A stretch of DNA of 63,898 nt, counting the filler, from Fonticula-like sp. SCN 57-25 (lineage: Eukaryota), in the NCBI GenBank assembly GCA_001724245.1. It is 9 parts of 9 records of this genome, joined end to end, with 100 filler letters (N's around TTAATTAATTAA, not from the genome) between each part and the next. Parts side by side here need not be neighbours in the genome. Positions count along the whole stretch, not along the records: positions 29,305 to 36,137 come from MEDX01000417.1; positions 36,238 to 43,264 come from MEDX01000418.1; 7 more parts are not named here. One strand, given 5' to 3'. Below, piece by piece: positions 30,756-40,869 of this stretch. The stretch's first letter is position 1; each line of letters opens with the position of its first letter. The notes under the pieces are model-generated. The model was not told the origin of the DNA. It did no database searches and saw only the letters and a program-made list of their open reading frames with translations. The position numbers were made by a program, and so were the translations under genes.

Positions 30756-33674
30756 TCATTCCTCTTCCTCGTCCTCTGACGACTCGTCCGACTCGACCTG
30801 CGCCGCCGGCGTCTTCATCTCGTGCAGCGCAAACGGCCCCAGCCTATTCCCCGGGAAGAACGGCGGCGACGACAGCACCGGCGGCACCGGCAGCCCGTGC
30901 TTTTCCAGCCTCGCCAGGTACTTTGGCGCGCTACTGAGCGGATACGGATGCACGCTCTTGTCCGTTACACCATCGGGCAGCGCCGGCAAGTGCAGCGAAG
31001 CCGCGTGCGACCCGCCGACGGCGCCCGCGAGCATGTTGCTGGCGCGCTCGTGAAACTCGAGCCCGCCGATGCGCGTGCGCTTGTACCGCGAGAGCAGCGT
31101 GTGCAGCTCGTCGCGCTGGAGGTCGCGCAGCTTTTGCATGAGGTGCAGGATGGCGGCGTAGGCGGCGAACGACTCGTTGAGGAGGGAGAGGACGGCCCAG
31201 AAGCGCACGTCGGTGGGCTGGAGGAGGAGGATGACGGCGACGTCGCCGGTTTCGTCGACGAGAGAGACGTAGTCGAGGAGCTGGCGGACGGTGGAGCCGC
31301 TGACAAAGTCAATGTTGCGGCGGGTGGGCGGGAGGCGCGCAAACTCGGCGAAAAACATGTCGAGGGACCAGGTGCCTTCGAATTGGTCGAGGGTCTCGTG
31401 GAGGGAGATTTTGCGGAGGAGCATTTCGGCGTAGCGGACAACAAGGCGTGTATGAGGAACATCTATGAAAGGGAAAAAAGTGGGGAAATGGAGAGAAAAT
31501 GACGAAAATTGGTGAAGAAATACACAAAAATACACAAAAAATGCACAAGAAATATGCCAATTTACACAAAAAGACACACAAAAAGACACCAAAAGACACC
31601 AAAAAAGACACCCAGTTAGCAAAATAATTCTCTTTTCTGCGTTCGCACCCTTGGCAGCCTGCGGCCCGAAATGTTTCCTCACATCATCGATCACCGTCAC
31701 CCTCTTCCTCACATCCACCAACACCTTTGGCGGCCCCTCATAAAGCACCGCGTGCACCAACTGCAGCGCCCTCAATGTCACCACCGGGTCGTGCGCGGCG
31801 AGCAGCGGCGCCAACTCTTCAAACACCCACGCGCAAATATTGTCGTCCGTCGCCGTCCGCCACAGCTCTGTCACGACGCGGCGAATGTACTTGCGGTGGT
31901 ACGCGCCGGGGCGCGTGTCGTCCACGGCCTTGTTGACCCACTCGGCGCTGCGCGACGCGTCGTGGGGGCGCGACGCGCCACGTGGCACGCGCGCGGCACC
32001 GACAGAGTGCGCGCTGTGGGCGCTGTGCGTGCTCCCGCCAGTGTGCGTGCGCATCATGGACGCGCTGCTCATGGCCGAAGTGAGGGCGTCAAGCTCGCCG
32101 CCAGAGACGGCCGCGCCGTCGAGCATCATCTGAGGAACGGGCGCAGCTTGCGGTGCGGGCGCGGCAATAAAGTCGTCGGCGAGCGGGCTTGGCGGACGCG
32201 GGCCAGTGCTCGAAGGCCGCCTGTCGGAAACTGACGCCATGTCGACGCTGCCCGACGACGACACGGACGATGACGAGGCGAGGCGCGCGCTGCCAAAGGG
32301 GTTCGTGTCGAAAAAGTCGGCCTCAAAGGGGTTCGTGCTCGGTGTGCGCTGCAGCGAAAAGCGGTCGGCGAGCGGCGCGGCGGCGGCGGGCGCGGGGCCG
32401 CCCCACGCGTCGTCGTCGTCGAACCCGCGCGAGGCGACGGGGGCGGGGGCGGCGCCGCCCCACGGGTCGGCGTCGACGGCGGGCGGCGTCACAAGCGGCG
32501 GCGAGGAGAGCGCCTGCGAGGCGGGGACGGCGGCCGAAGCGGCGCCGGCGCGGTGCGCGCGCCCGCGGCGGAAGGCGTGGCCGGACTCGTCGACCGGCGG
32601 CGGCTCGGCGACGGGACCCGACACGTGGCTGACGCGGCGGACGGCGGCGCGGACGGGCGTGGCGGCCGAGGCGGGCTCGGGCTCGTGGACGGGCACGTCG
32701 CCGTAAATGTTTTCGATGGGGCAGGGGACCTTGAGGAGCGTGGCGCAGCGGCTCACGACCTGGTAAATGTTGGGGCGGCGCACGGGATCCGTCTGGAGGC
32801 AGAAGGAGATCAGGTTGATCAGATCGGGAGCGTACTCGGGGGTTGACGGGATCGAGTAGCGGCCGTTGAGGATCGCAAGGTTACCAGTGTCCTCAAAGGG
32901 GGTCTTAAAGTACATGAGCTTGTAGAGGACGACACCGAGCGCCCAAATGTCCACTTTCTCATTGATGGTCGTGCGCATGTAGAGGTCGATCAGCTCGGGG
33001 GCGCGGTAGGGCATCGTCGTGAGCTTTTGAACTTCCTCTTCTAGGATCGCGAGCTGCATGGGGGCAAGCGTGGTGTACGCGCGGTCCGTCACGCTGCCAA
33101 AGTCGCACAGCTTGAGCGTCCCTTCCGACGTGAACAGCATGTTTTCAACCTTGAGATCGCGATGCGCGAGCGGGGGCTTTTGGTAGTGCATGTGCGCGAC
33201 GGCCTCGCACACGGCGAAAAAGAGTAGGAGAACCTCGCGGTTGTTGTAGGGGCGCGTGAGACGCGTGTTCATTTGGTCGATGCACCCGCCGCCGCCGCAA
33301 AGCTCCATCAGAATGTTGGCAACGGTCGTGCCATTGGCACCGGGGACAATGTCGGCATCATAGAGAGCAACAATGTTCTTGTGGCCGGTAAGCTTGCGCA
33401 TAACGTCGATTTCCGTCTTGAGCAGCTTCACGGTCGCAGGGTCGCCGCCGACAGACACGCGCTTCAGCGCAGCCTGCTTGTTGTTGCTAAGGATGCGCGC
33501 AACATAGACGCGCGCGAACCCGCCATCGGCAAGCACGCGCTCAATGAGAACGGCCGTGCGGCCGATGGTGAGCGTCTGGCCAACAAGAGGATCCATGGCG
33601 CTGGCAGGCTCGGAAGTGCCCGACGTCACCGACGAAGCAAGTGCGCGAACACGCTCCGTAAGACGATGCGCCAT
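30756..33674 (-). CDS. NAK-family (AAK1/BIKE/Ark1-like) Ser/Thr kinase with endocytic motifs and a C-terminal ANTH-like domain
   Basis: LADGGFARVY, HRDLKVEN, KLCDFGS, TTMPYRAPE and KVDIWALG. The linker has DPW and 2x NPF. In-frame 186-nt intron 31648-31463. Confidence 0.9.
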   Translation of the reverse strand: MAHRLTERVRALASSVTSGTSEPASAMDPLVGQTLTIGRTAVLIERVLADGGFARVYVARILSNNKQAALKRVSVGGDPATVKLLKTEIDVMRKLTGHKNIVALYDADIVPGANGTTVANILMELCGGGGCIDQMNTRLTRPYNNREVLLLFFAVCEAVAHMHYQKPPLAHRDLKVENMLFTSEGTLKLCDFGSVTDRAYTTLAPMQLAILEEEVQKLTTMPYRAPELIDLYMRTTINEKVDIWALGVVLYKLMYFKTPFEDTGNLAILNGRYSIPSTPEYAPDLINLISFCLQTDPVRRPNIYQVVSRCATLLKVPCPIENIYGDVPVHEPEPASAATPVRAAVRRVSHVSGPVAEPPPVDESGHAFRRGRAHRAGAASAAVPASQALSSPPLVTPPAVDADPWGGAAPAPVASRGFDDDDAWGGPAPAAAAPLADRFSLQRTPSTNPFEADFFDTNPFGSARLASSSSVSSSGSVDMASVSDRRPSSTGPRPPSPLADDFIAAPAPQAAPVPQMMLDGAAVSGGELDALTSAMSSASMMRTHTGGSTHSAHSAHSVGAARVPRGASRPHDASRSAEWVNKAVDDTRPGAYHRKYIRRVVTELWRTATDDNICAWVFEELAPLLAAHDPVVTLRALQLVHAVLYEGPPKVLVDVRKRVTVIDDVRKHFGPQAAKGANAEKRIILLTGCLFWCLLVSFCVSFCVNWHISCAFFVYFCVFLHQFSSFSLHFPTFFPFIDVPHTRLVVRYAEMLLRKISLHETLDQFEGTWSLDMFFAEFARLPPTRRNIDFVSGSTVRQLLDYVSLVDETGDVAVILLLQPTDVRFWAVLSLLNESFAAYAAILHLMQKLRDLQRDELHTLLSRYKRTRIGGLEFHERASNMLAGAVGGSHAASLHLPALPDGVTDKSVHPYPLSSAPKYLARLEKHGLPVPPVLSSPPFFPGNRLGPFALHEMKTPAAQVESDESSEDEEEE

Positions 33675-34044
33675 TGCAGGGGCACCGGCTTGTTGGCTCC
33701 AGCCAAAAAAACCAACACGCTGACCGACCAAACCGACCGTGAAACCGACGCTGACAGACCGAAACCGACCTTTTCAATCGCGTTCGCGTCGAGACGGCCA
33801 ACAAAGCGCAGCAGCCAACAAAGGACAACGGGCGTGTCTGCCTTCCAGTTAAGAACGTCTAAATTGCACATTGCGTTGTATAGCGTTGTATGGACTATGT
33901 ATATGTGGCCACGCTCATTTGTGACAAGCAATATAAATATGAACTAAATGTATATTAACTAGCGAAATGAAGTAGTCATTGCGGCAATATGATAATCAGA
34001 AACAATACCTCGCCACAAAACCGTCTATATCAAAAGCGCGCCGC

Positions 34045-35732
34045 CTACTTGTCGGCAGCAATCATGGAGCGGTACGTGAGGTTAATGAGATCGCCGTCGG
34101 TCATGTTGCTCCACTTTGGCAACCTGGCCGCGCGCCTCTCCATGGCCTTGGGGTCGTTGCAGAAGCACACCGCCCACTGCGACTCGATGAGCTCGCGCGT
34201 CGACATGTTCTGGAACGCCTCCTGGTCGCAGCACGGCACCTGCCGCCAGTCGTTTCCAGGAATCGGCGTGCCCTCGCCCGTCTCGTACTGCGGGATGCCG
34301 CGCGTGATGGTGGCCTTGTGGCTGTCGGCGGCGGCGAGGATGGTTGCGACAATGTCCGGGATGGACGAAGCGTTGACGGGGAAGCTCTCTCCGGGGTCGT
34401 GCTCGAGGTTGAAGATGAGCGGCGGGTCGTAGTAGACGGGCTCGTCGGTGCCAAAGCCGGGGCGCGTCACAAAGTGCGCCTTCCAGGGGCCGTAGCGGAC
34501 GGCCGTGAGGTTGGACTCGCGCCAGTAGAAAAAGTACTCGTGCGGGCCGACGTCCGTGTCGCCGACGAGCAGCGGGACAATGCTCTTGCCGTCAATGATC
34601 AGGTCCGACGGCACGTCCACTTCGGCAAAGTCGAGCAGCGTGGGGACAATGTCGAGGTGCGACGCAATCTCCATGCTGATCTTGTTGGGCGGGATCACGC
34701 CCGGCCAGCGCACGATCGTGGGCTCGCGCATGCCGCCCTCCCACGTGCTTCCCTTGCCCTCGCGGAGCGGGCCGTTGCTGCCGCCCGCGGGCTGCATGCC
34801 GTCGGCCTCGGTGAGCGGCTCCTGCGCGTTGGGCCACGCGCCATTGTCGGACGTGAACATGGTCAGCGTGTTGTTGTCCAGGCCGAGCTCCTTGATGCGC
34901 GCCATGATGAGGCCGATCGACGCGTCCATCTCCTCCATCATGTCGCCAAAGTGGCCGCGGCGGCTCACCCCCTCAAACTCGGGGGACGAAAACTCGGGGA
35001 TGTGCGGCTGAAGGTACGACATCACGAGCAGGAAGGGCTGGCCGTCGGCGGCGCGCTCGGTCAGCAGATCAAGCGCGCGCTCCGTCATGCGGCCAGTGAG
35101 CGTCGACAGGACGACGGGCTGCTCGACGAGAAGCTCGTTCTCGTAGACGGGCACCGGCGGGAACACAGTGTCGAGCGGGTACGCGCCGGGGAAGCCCTCA
35201 TCGTGCGAGTACGGGACGCCGAAAAAGTAGTCAAAGCCGCGGCGGGTGGGGAGCGAATCAACATGGCCAAGATGCCACTTGCCCAGAAGGGCAGAGTAGT
35301 AGCCGGCCTCGCTGAGCAGCGTCGGGAGCGTCGTCTCGTTCGCGGGAAGGCTGCCGGTCGACGTCGGGAGGAACACGCGGAAGGCGAGATCGGCGGGGTA
35401 GTTAAAGGCAGTGTACAGGCCGAGGCGGATGGGCAGGCGGCCGGTCAGGAGAGCGCCGCGGCTCGGCGTGCACAGCGGACCGCCGGAATACCACTGCGTG
35501 AAACGCATGCCTTCAAGCGCCATCTGATCAAGATGGGGAGTGCGGACAGTCGGAGCACCAAAAATTCCAATATCGCCGTAGCCAGCTGCACGAGTCGCAT
35601 TAGAACAGCAAGATGGCATATAATTAACGCACCGTCATCACCCAAAAACATGACATAGTTGGGCGCAGCGCTGCCAACAAGCAGCAGCGCCGCCAGCGCG
35701 AGCGCCGTGCGGACCGGCGATGCTCGCGTCAT
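34045..35732 (-). CDS. Secreted/lysosomal arylsulfatase (ARSA/ARSG/GALNS-like)
   Basis: Signal peptide. PNYVMFLGDD|AGYGD split by a short intron. CTPSRGALLTGR formylglycine motif, GKWHLG, FTSDNG, GKGSTWEGG and LEHDPGE. Confidence 0.94.
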
Positions 35733-36237
35733 CGCGGTCGTGAGGGGCGCGTGCGGAGTCACAGTTGTTGCCGTCGGTGGCCTGATGTTGCGTTAATATC
35801 CCAAAAAGGAAATATCAATCCCTTCAAAAGGGAATTGCAATCACTTGTGTTTGTCTGCGGCCATACGTACCCGTCTCGCTCACGAAAATCAAGCGCGTGC
35901 TGGTCGAGTCAGTACAGCGGAGGGTGACCACGCCGGAATACTCGATGCTGCGGGCAATATTTTTTTTTTCGATATTTTGAGTATGCCTCGGCGTGGGTAC
36001 ACAGGGCTGTCCAACATACACTGCCACTGCACTGTCCAGTACTATTATTTTGCCGCTGCTTCTAAACTGTGCAGTGCATTATCAAGCCGCGGTACTCTTT
36101 CCCAACATACATAAAGTTTGCAGTTTGCGATTTGCAANNNNNNNNNNNNNNNNNNNNNNNNNNNNNNNNNNNNNNNNNNNNTTAATTAATTAANNNNNNN
36201 NNNNNNNNNNNNNNNNNNNNNNNNNNNNNNNNNNNNN

Positions 36238-36587
36238 TACTATGAGGTCATGAGCTCGCCCGACCGCGCGTGCAATCTCGCCAAGCAGGCCTTTGACGAC
36301 GCCATCGGTGCGTCTCGTGGGAAAGACCGTGGGAAAGGAAAAAAAGAAGGGAAAAGTAAAGGGAAAGAGGAAAAGTGGATAGATGGCCAATGGTCACTTT
36401 GGTACTGGCTTTAATATACAGTGTGTGTTTCGACACTGTTTTTGTTTCTTGTCTTCTTGTCTTGTTTCTTGTCTTTTACTTGTCTTCTCTTTTCGTTCTT
36501 TTTGCTGACTGTTTATTTCTAGCCGAGCTTGACACGCTGTCCGAGGACTGCTACAAGGACTCTACACTGATCATGCAGCTCCTCCGC
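36238..36587 (+). pseudogene. 14-3-3 protein fragment, 5'-cut by the contig edge and broken after ...IMQLLR
   Basis: [45 protein letters not shown] (intron 36308-36522). The near-invariant DNLTLW does not follow and there is no GT donor at the break. Confidence 0.7.
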
Positions 36588-37453
36588 CCAGGGCCAGTAA
36601 GAAAAGAGCGGGACGCGAGTGTGGCGCGCCGCGGGCGCAGGCGAGATTGGTAGGACTCTGATTGGACGGCGAGTATGAAAGGGACATTTTGATTGGTCAA
36701 TTTTCAATTTTATGCTCGGCGCTTTTATTCAATTGCTTCTTTTCCCGTCCCGCTTGCGGCGCTGTCCACGTTCGTTTTTTTTATTCCTCAAGATAAATCC
36801 TGCATCCCAATTCGGCGTTTGACTCTTTCCTTTTCCTTCTTGCTCGGTTTTTTATCCTTTGGCTCTCTGACCCCATTGCCTTTTCGACTTTGGCTTTCGC
36901 GTTCTTTTGTGGTCGTTGTTTTCTTCTTCTTCTTCTTCTTTCTTTCACCTGTTCAAAGTGAGTGGCAGAGTAGGAAAATGGATTGACGTCCTTTACGCGC
37001 AATGCTCTTTAATGGAATGGGAAAAGTTTTAATTTTTGCAAATTGACCACAAAAAGCACTAAAAAGCAAATAAGCAAAAGTAAGGTGCAAACTGAGCACA
37101 CATTGCAGAACATGTTGCTATAGATTATGGCACAGCTGAGCACAGACTGGGCTGTGAACATGGGCATGAATTGCAGAGATATTATGCTCGTATCATGTTA
37201 TGTGGCCTAACTGAGCACAAACTAAACACATTTTAGCATTTCATATGATGCAAACTGGACAAATTGCATTGAAATTCTTATGGGCAGCCGAAATTACTAT
37301 GGAAATTGCATTGTCGAATATTGCATTGTCATAATGAGCGACGCAAGGCGCGGTTGAAAAAGAGCCATGTCTCGTTTGCTGCAATTCAGCAGAGAGGCAA
37401 AGCAAAGAAAAGAGACACTAACAGAGAAAGCAGAGTGGACATCAGCGGCAAGA

Positions 37454-38950
37454 TCATGTGTGCAAGATGCGATCCTTGCCTTGATCATTACACGTGCTGC
37501 TGCTGCTGGGCGGCGTAGGCGGACGTGGCGGCCTGGCCGATGGCCGCGCGGCCGGCGTCGCTCGTGGCGGCGTCCGTGGCCGCCTGCGAGAGCTCGGCCT
37601 TGGCCTTTTCGTTGCCGCCCTTGGAGCGGTAGAAGCGGAGCACCTGTAAGGAAATGCACAGTCAGCATGGTAAGGGGATGCGATGAGGGACGCACGGCCT
37701 GGAACTGCCAGACGTGGTAGATCGAGACGAGCGTCCACGCAATGGAGGCGATGAGCATGACAATGAACGAGCCGAGGTTGGTGCCGACGGCGGTGAACGC
37801 GTTGATGTAGCCGCTGGGATCACGCGTCAGGGTCATCGTTGATCACAAGTGCACAGTGAAATAGACACAAAGTATATACACAATACATCATGTTCATATA
37901 TAATTATGCACAACATAATATCAAATATACGCAATTTTCGTGCTTTTCCTACATGTTTCCCTTTCCATTCCAAATATAATTGTGTTCGTACGCAGATCCG
38001 CTGTTGGGGATGCCGATCGTCATGACGATACTAAAGATGACGTGGAATCCAAAGCAGAACAAAAAGAGGAAATACGACATGGAGCGGTCACGCTGCACGG
38101 CGCGGTACAGGGGACGGTACCAGAAAACGAAAAAGATGATCGGACCGAGGATGCCGAGCGCAATCGAGATGCCAAAGTCGGTGCCACTATTTGGCGGGAA
38201 ACGCAAAATCAGAAAAATCAGGTAAAATCAGGAATAAACAGGTAAAATCAGAGAAAATCAGAGACAAATCAGAAGGTGCGGCGGCGTGGAGTTGGCCAAG
38301 GTTGACTGGCGGGCTGACGCGGCCGCACAGGAGAAAAAAGAGAGAAAAACAGACATAAAAAGCAAGGAAAAGACGCGTACCCGGTGTTGGTTCCGATAAG
38401 AAGGGCCAGCGTGCCGATAAAGTTGAGGCCCATGACGATCGTTGAGCCTATTGCACCGGTGCAAGGTGAGCCCAGGATCCCCTTCCGCAATAAAAGATCG
38501 TACAGATCCAGCCAAAGTAGACGCGCTTGACGAGAAGCTGCCCGTCCTCCGGGATATCCTCCTTGATATTGTGGTAGATGATCGGCCTGCACTTGGGCCA
38601 GTTGGGCGTGCGGTCAGCCACGAGGCCGAGCTCCGCCTGCAGATCACCGACCTTGCGCTCGCGGTACTCCAACTGCTGCTCGCGGCGCTCCAGCTCGCGC
38701 TCGCGGCGGTTCAGTTCATCTTCGCGATCAGAGATCTGAAATGGGAAAGAAGGATGGCGAGAGATTAGCACAATAAGAAGTGGGATCCAGCGCGCGACGC
38801 ACGTAGGCATTGGTGCCGGCCTAAAGTGGGCGAAAATGGAAAAAGATACAAAAGTGGTATGGTTAAAAAGAGGCGAAAATGGGAAAGAAAGAGCGCAGGT
38901 GTGCCAATGAAAGCGCAGCGCACCTCTTCGTCGCGGAATGGGTTCGACAT
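37454..38950 (-). CDS. SCAMP: Secretory carrier membrane protein (SCAMP), multi-exon
   Basis: N-terminal NPF (MSNPF), coiled coil ELNRRERELERRE, PNWP...IIYHNIKEDIP, FWYRPLYRA and four TM segments. Stop position approximate. Confidence 0.88.
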
Positions 38951-39191
38951 GGCGCCGTCGGTCAGGGCAAAATAGCACTACCGAGAAGAGCGGTCGACGA
39001 CTAACAGTTCACCCAGGAGTCTGGGGCTGATTTTAGGGATGACACCGAAATCTGGAAATGGACCAATCACATTGCGAGGTCAGCCACAGGTCAGCACAGC
39101 AGGCTACAGTCCTGCCGCGCCAAGGAAGAAAAGGTCTCTATCCACTTTTCGTTGAACGCGTCCACAGCTGCAGGTCGTGCATCCGTGACTA

Positions 39192-40250
39192 ATGGGTATG
39201 CTTGTCACCTTGTGTATGTTGTCAACTAGTTTAACGGTCCTCTTTCAAGCTGGGATGCAGAAAATACAACTTGATTGGCGCAAGACGCTTGACACGCTTG
39301 GCGTTTCGTCAAGAGCAAAGCATCAAGACATGCTTTGGTATGAGGAGCTGTACTTTCCAGGTGAAACCGAAGTCAATCGAGCACGAGTGGTCAGCAAGTT
39401 GAACATGGTGTATTTTGCTTTTTTCGTCAAGCGAGAGGCCGTCCTACGAATGACCGCGTTTATTTCATGGGAAAAGATGCCCGCTGACGACTTTGTTGTG
39501 GTGCCGCTTCATCCAATAATGTTTCCCCCGAGGGAAGACTCTCGTGTGGTATTTTTCTCGCATTGTTGGTACCAAAGGGATCATCCAGATCCAGCCAACA
39601 AGGATCTAGAATTTCTTCAACGCTACCTAAACCAAACGTCGTCTGCGCAGTTGGTGTGGGTAGACTTTTGCTGCCTTCCGCAAGGTTCGAGCGAAACGCT
39701 TTCCCCCGATGATTGGCATTACAAGAAATTGACGTTTCAGAAAATGCCTGGGCTAATTAAAGTTTGCACATTTACTTTCCAGTACGACAAGAATGACAAA
39801 CGTCATCGTGCCTGGATATTTTTTGAACTCGCTTTGAATTGGCTTTTAACTGGTCAAATAACTTGCACTGATGGTAACCGGAAGTATATTGTCATGATTT
39901 TAAAATATTTAGTTAACTGCCACGAAGTGACCCTGCATGATTTTTTTGGCAGGTCAAATATCAAAACGGCAGGTGAATCGAAGGAAGTGCTTCAGTTCCT
40001 TACAAGCCTTCTTACAATTTCGTTCACTTTCTACTTTAAAGGTGAAGCTCTTCATGACATTATTAGTAACTTTGTAAACTGCTACAGCGTTGATTTTTAC
40101 AAACCAGGAACCCTGTATGTGCATTCGTTGATCGGATATTCTCCGCTCAAAGTTGAATGCTCGACCGGCCGTACGACATATGATGGCCGACCTTTTCCTA
40201 TTGACGGAAAGGGTTTACTAAAGGACTTAAAAGAGTGTTTGAATCGTTGA
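39192..40250 (+). CDS. Intronless HET-domain-like (heterokaryon incompatibility / TIR-related) protein, 352 aa
   Basis: FFSHCW...HPDP, VWVDFCCLPQ and RAWIFFE follow the HET pattern SHxW / WxDxxCIxQ / RxWxxxE. Visibly AT-richer than neighbouring genes. Confidence 0.68.
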   Translation: MGMLVTLCMLSTSLTVLFQAGMQKIQLDWRKTLDTLGVSSRAKHQDMLWYEELYFPGETEVNRARVVSKLNMVYFAFFVKREAVLRMTAFISWEKMPADDFVVVPLHPIMFPPREDSRVVFFSHCWYQRDHPDPANKDLEFLQRYLNQTSSAQLVWVDFCCLPQGSSETLSPDDWHYKKLTFQKMPGLIKVCTFTFQYDKNDKRHRAWIFFELALNWLLTGQITCTDGNRKYIVMILKYLVNCHEVTLHDFFGRSNIKTAGESKEVLQFLTSLLTISFTFYFKGEALHDIISNFVNCYSVDFYKPGTLYVHSLIGYSPLKVECSTGRTTYDGRPFPIDGKGLLKDLKECLNR

Positions 40251-40869
40251 AGAAGTGTCTGAATTTTGGAGTTGTCTGTTCCCCGGTTGTACCCGAGGGA
40301 CGTGTAGAAGTGGGACAGTATGGTGTCTGTTTGTGTGTCAGAATATCCTATTCTTCGTCTTCATCATGCTTTACAATACATTAACTAAAAAAATCTTCGA
40401 TGATAATCTTTTCGTTTAAATCATTTAATTTGTCAATCCACAAGTTACCCTCTGTCACCGTGAATATGTCCTTATTCGGCTCGGCTGGCGGACCTATCAA
40501 ATTCGGGCTCTTTCTTATTGACCAGTTGATTGAACAGTCTAACTCAAACCTCATTTTCAAACCCAGCCATTAATTGTCGTCGTATATCTCCTCCAAACTT
40601 AAAATCTGCCAAGAAGAACCGAATTTGAAATTTGCTCGACTCCCGCCACGTTGAAACATTTTTTGCCAGCAAAATTGCTTCCCAGTCGTATGTATTTTCT
40701 TTTCTATCCTCAATTCTCCCTGCATTCTTTTCATAAACAACGAATAAAACTGTTTTGTAAATCATCGCGTTCATTTTGCGCTACCTTTCATTCACAGAAT
40801 CACAGCTAATTCTATTCTTCTATCTCTTCAATCCTGATCGCGATCGACCGATCCCGATTGATTTGTTTG

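Noticed and set aside
31463-31648. Hydrophobic Phe/Cys-rich 'transmembrane' stretch in the 991-aa kinase ORF
   Set aside because: It is the translation of a stop-free 186-nt GT-AG intron. The same artefact explains the hydrophobic tails of several ORF-track entries.
33979-35658. Long antisense ORFs (also 9855-11420, 51962-53653, 53427-55277, 3904-5052, 60708-61679)
   Set aside because: Shadows of GC-rich, codon-biased genes on the opposite strand, with no recognisable motifs.
37085-37262. Dispersed CTGAGCACA / GCAAACTG repeats
   Set aside because: Three or four short degenerate copies with irregular spacing in AT-rich intergenic DNA, too weak to call.
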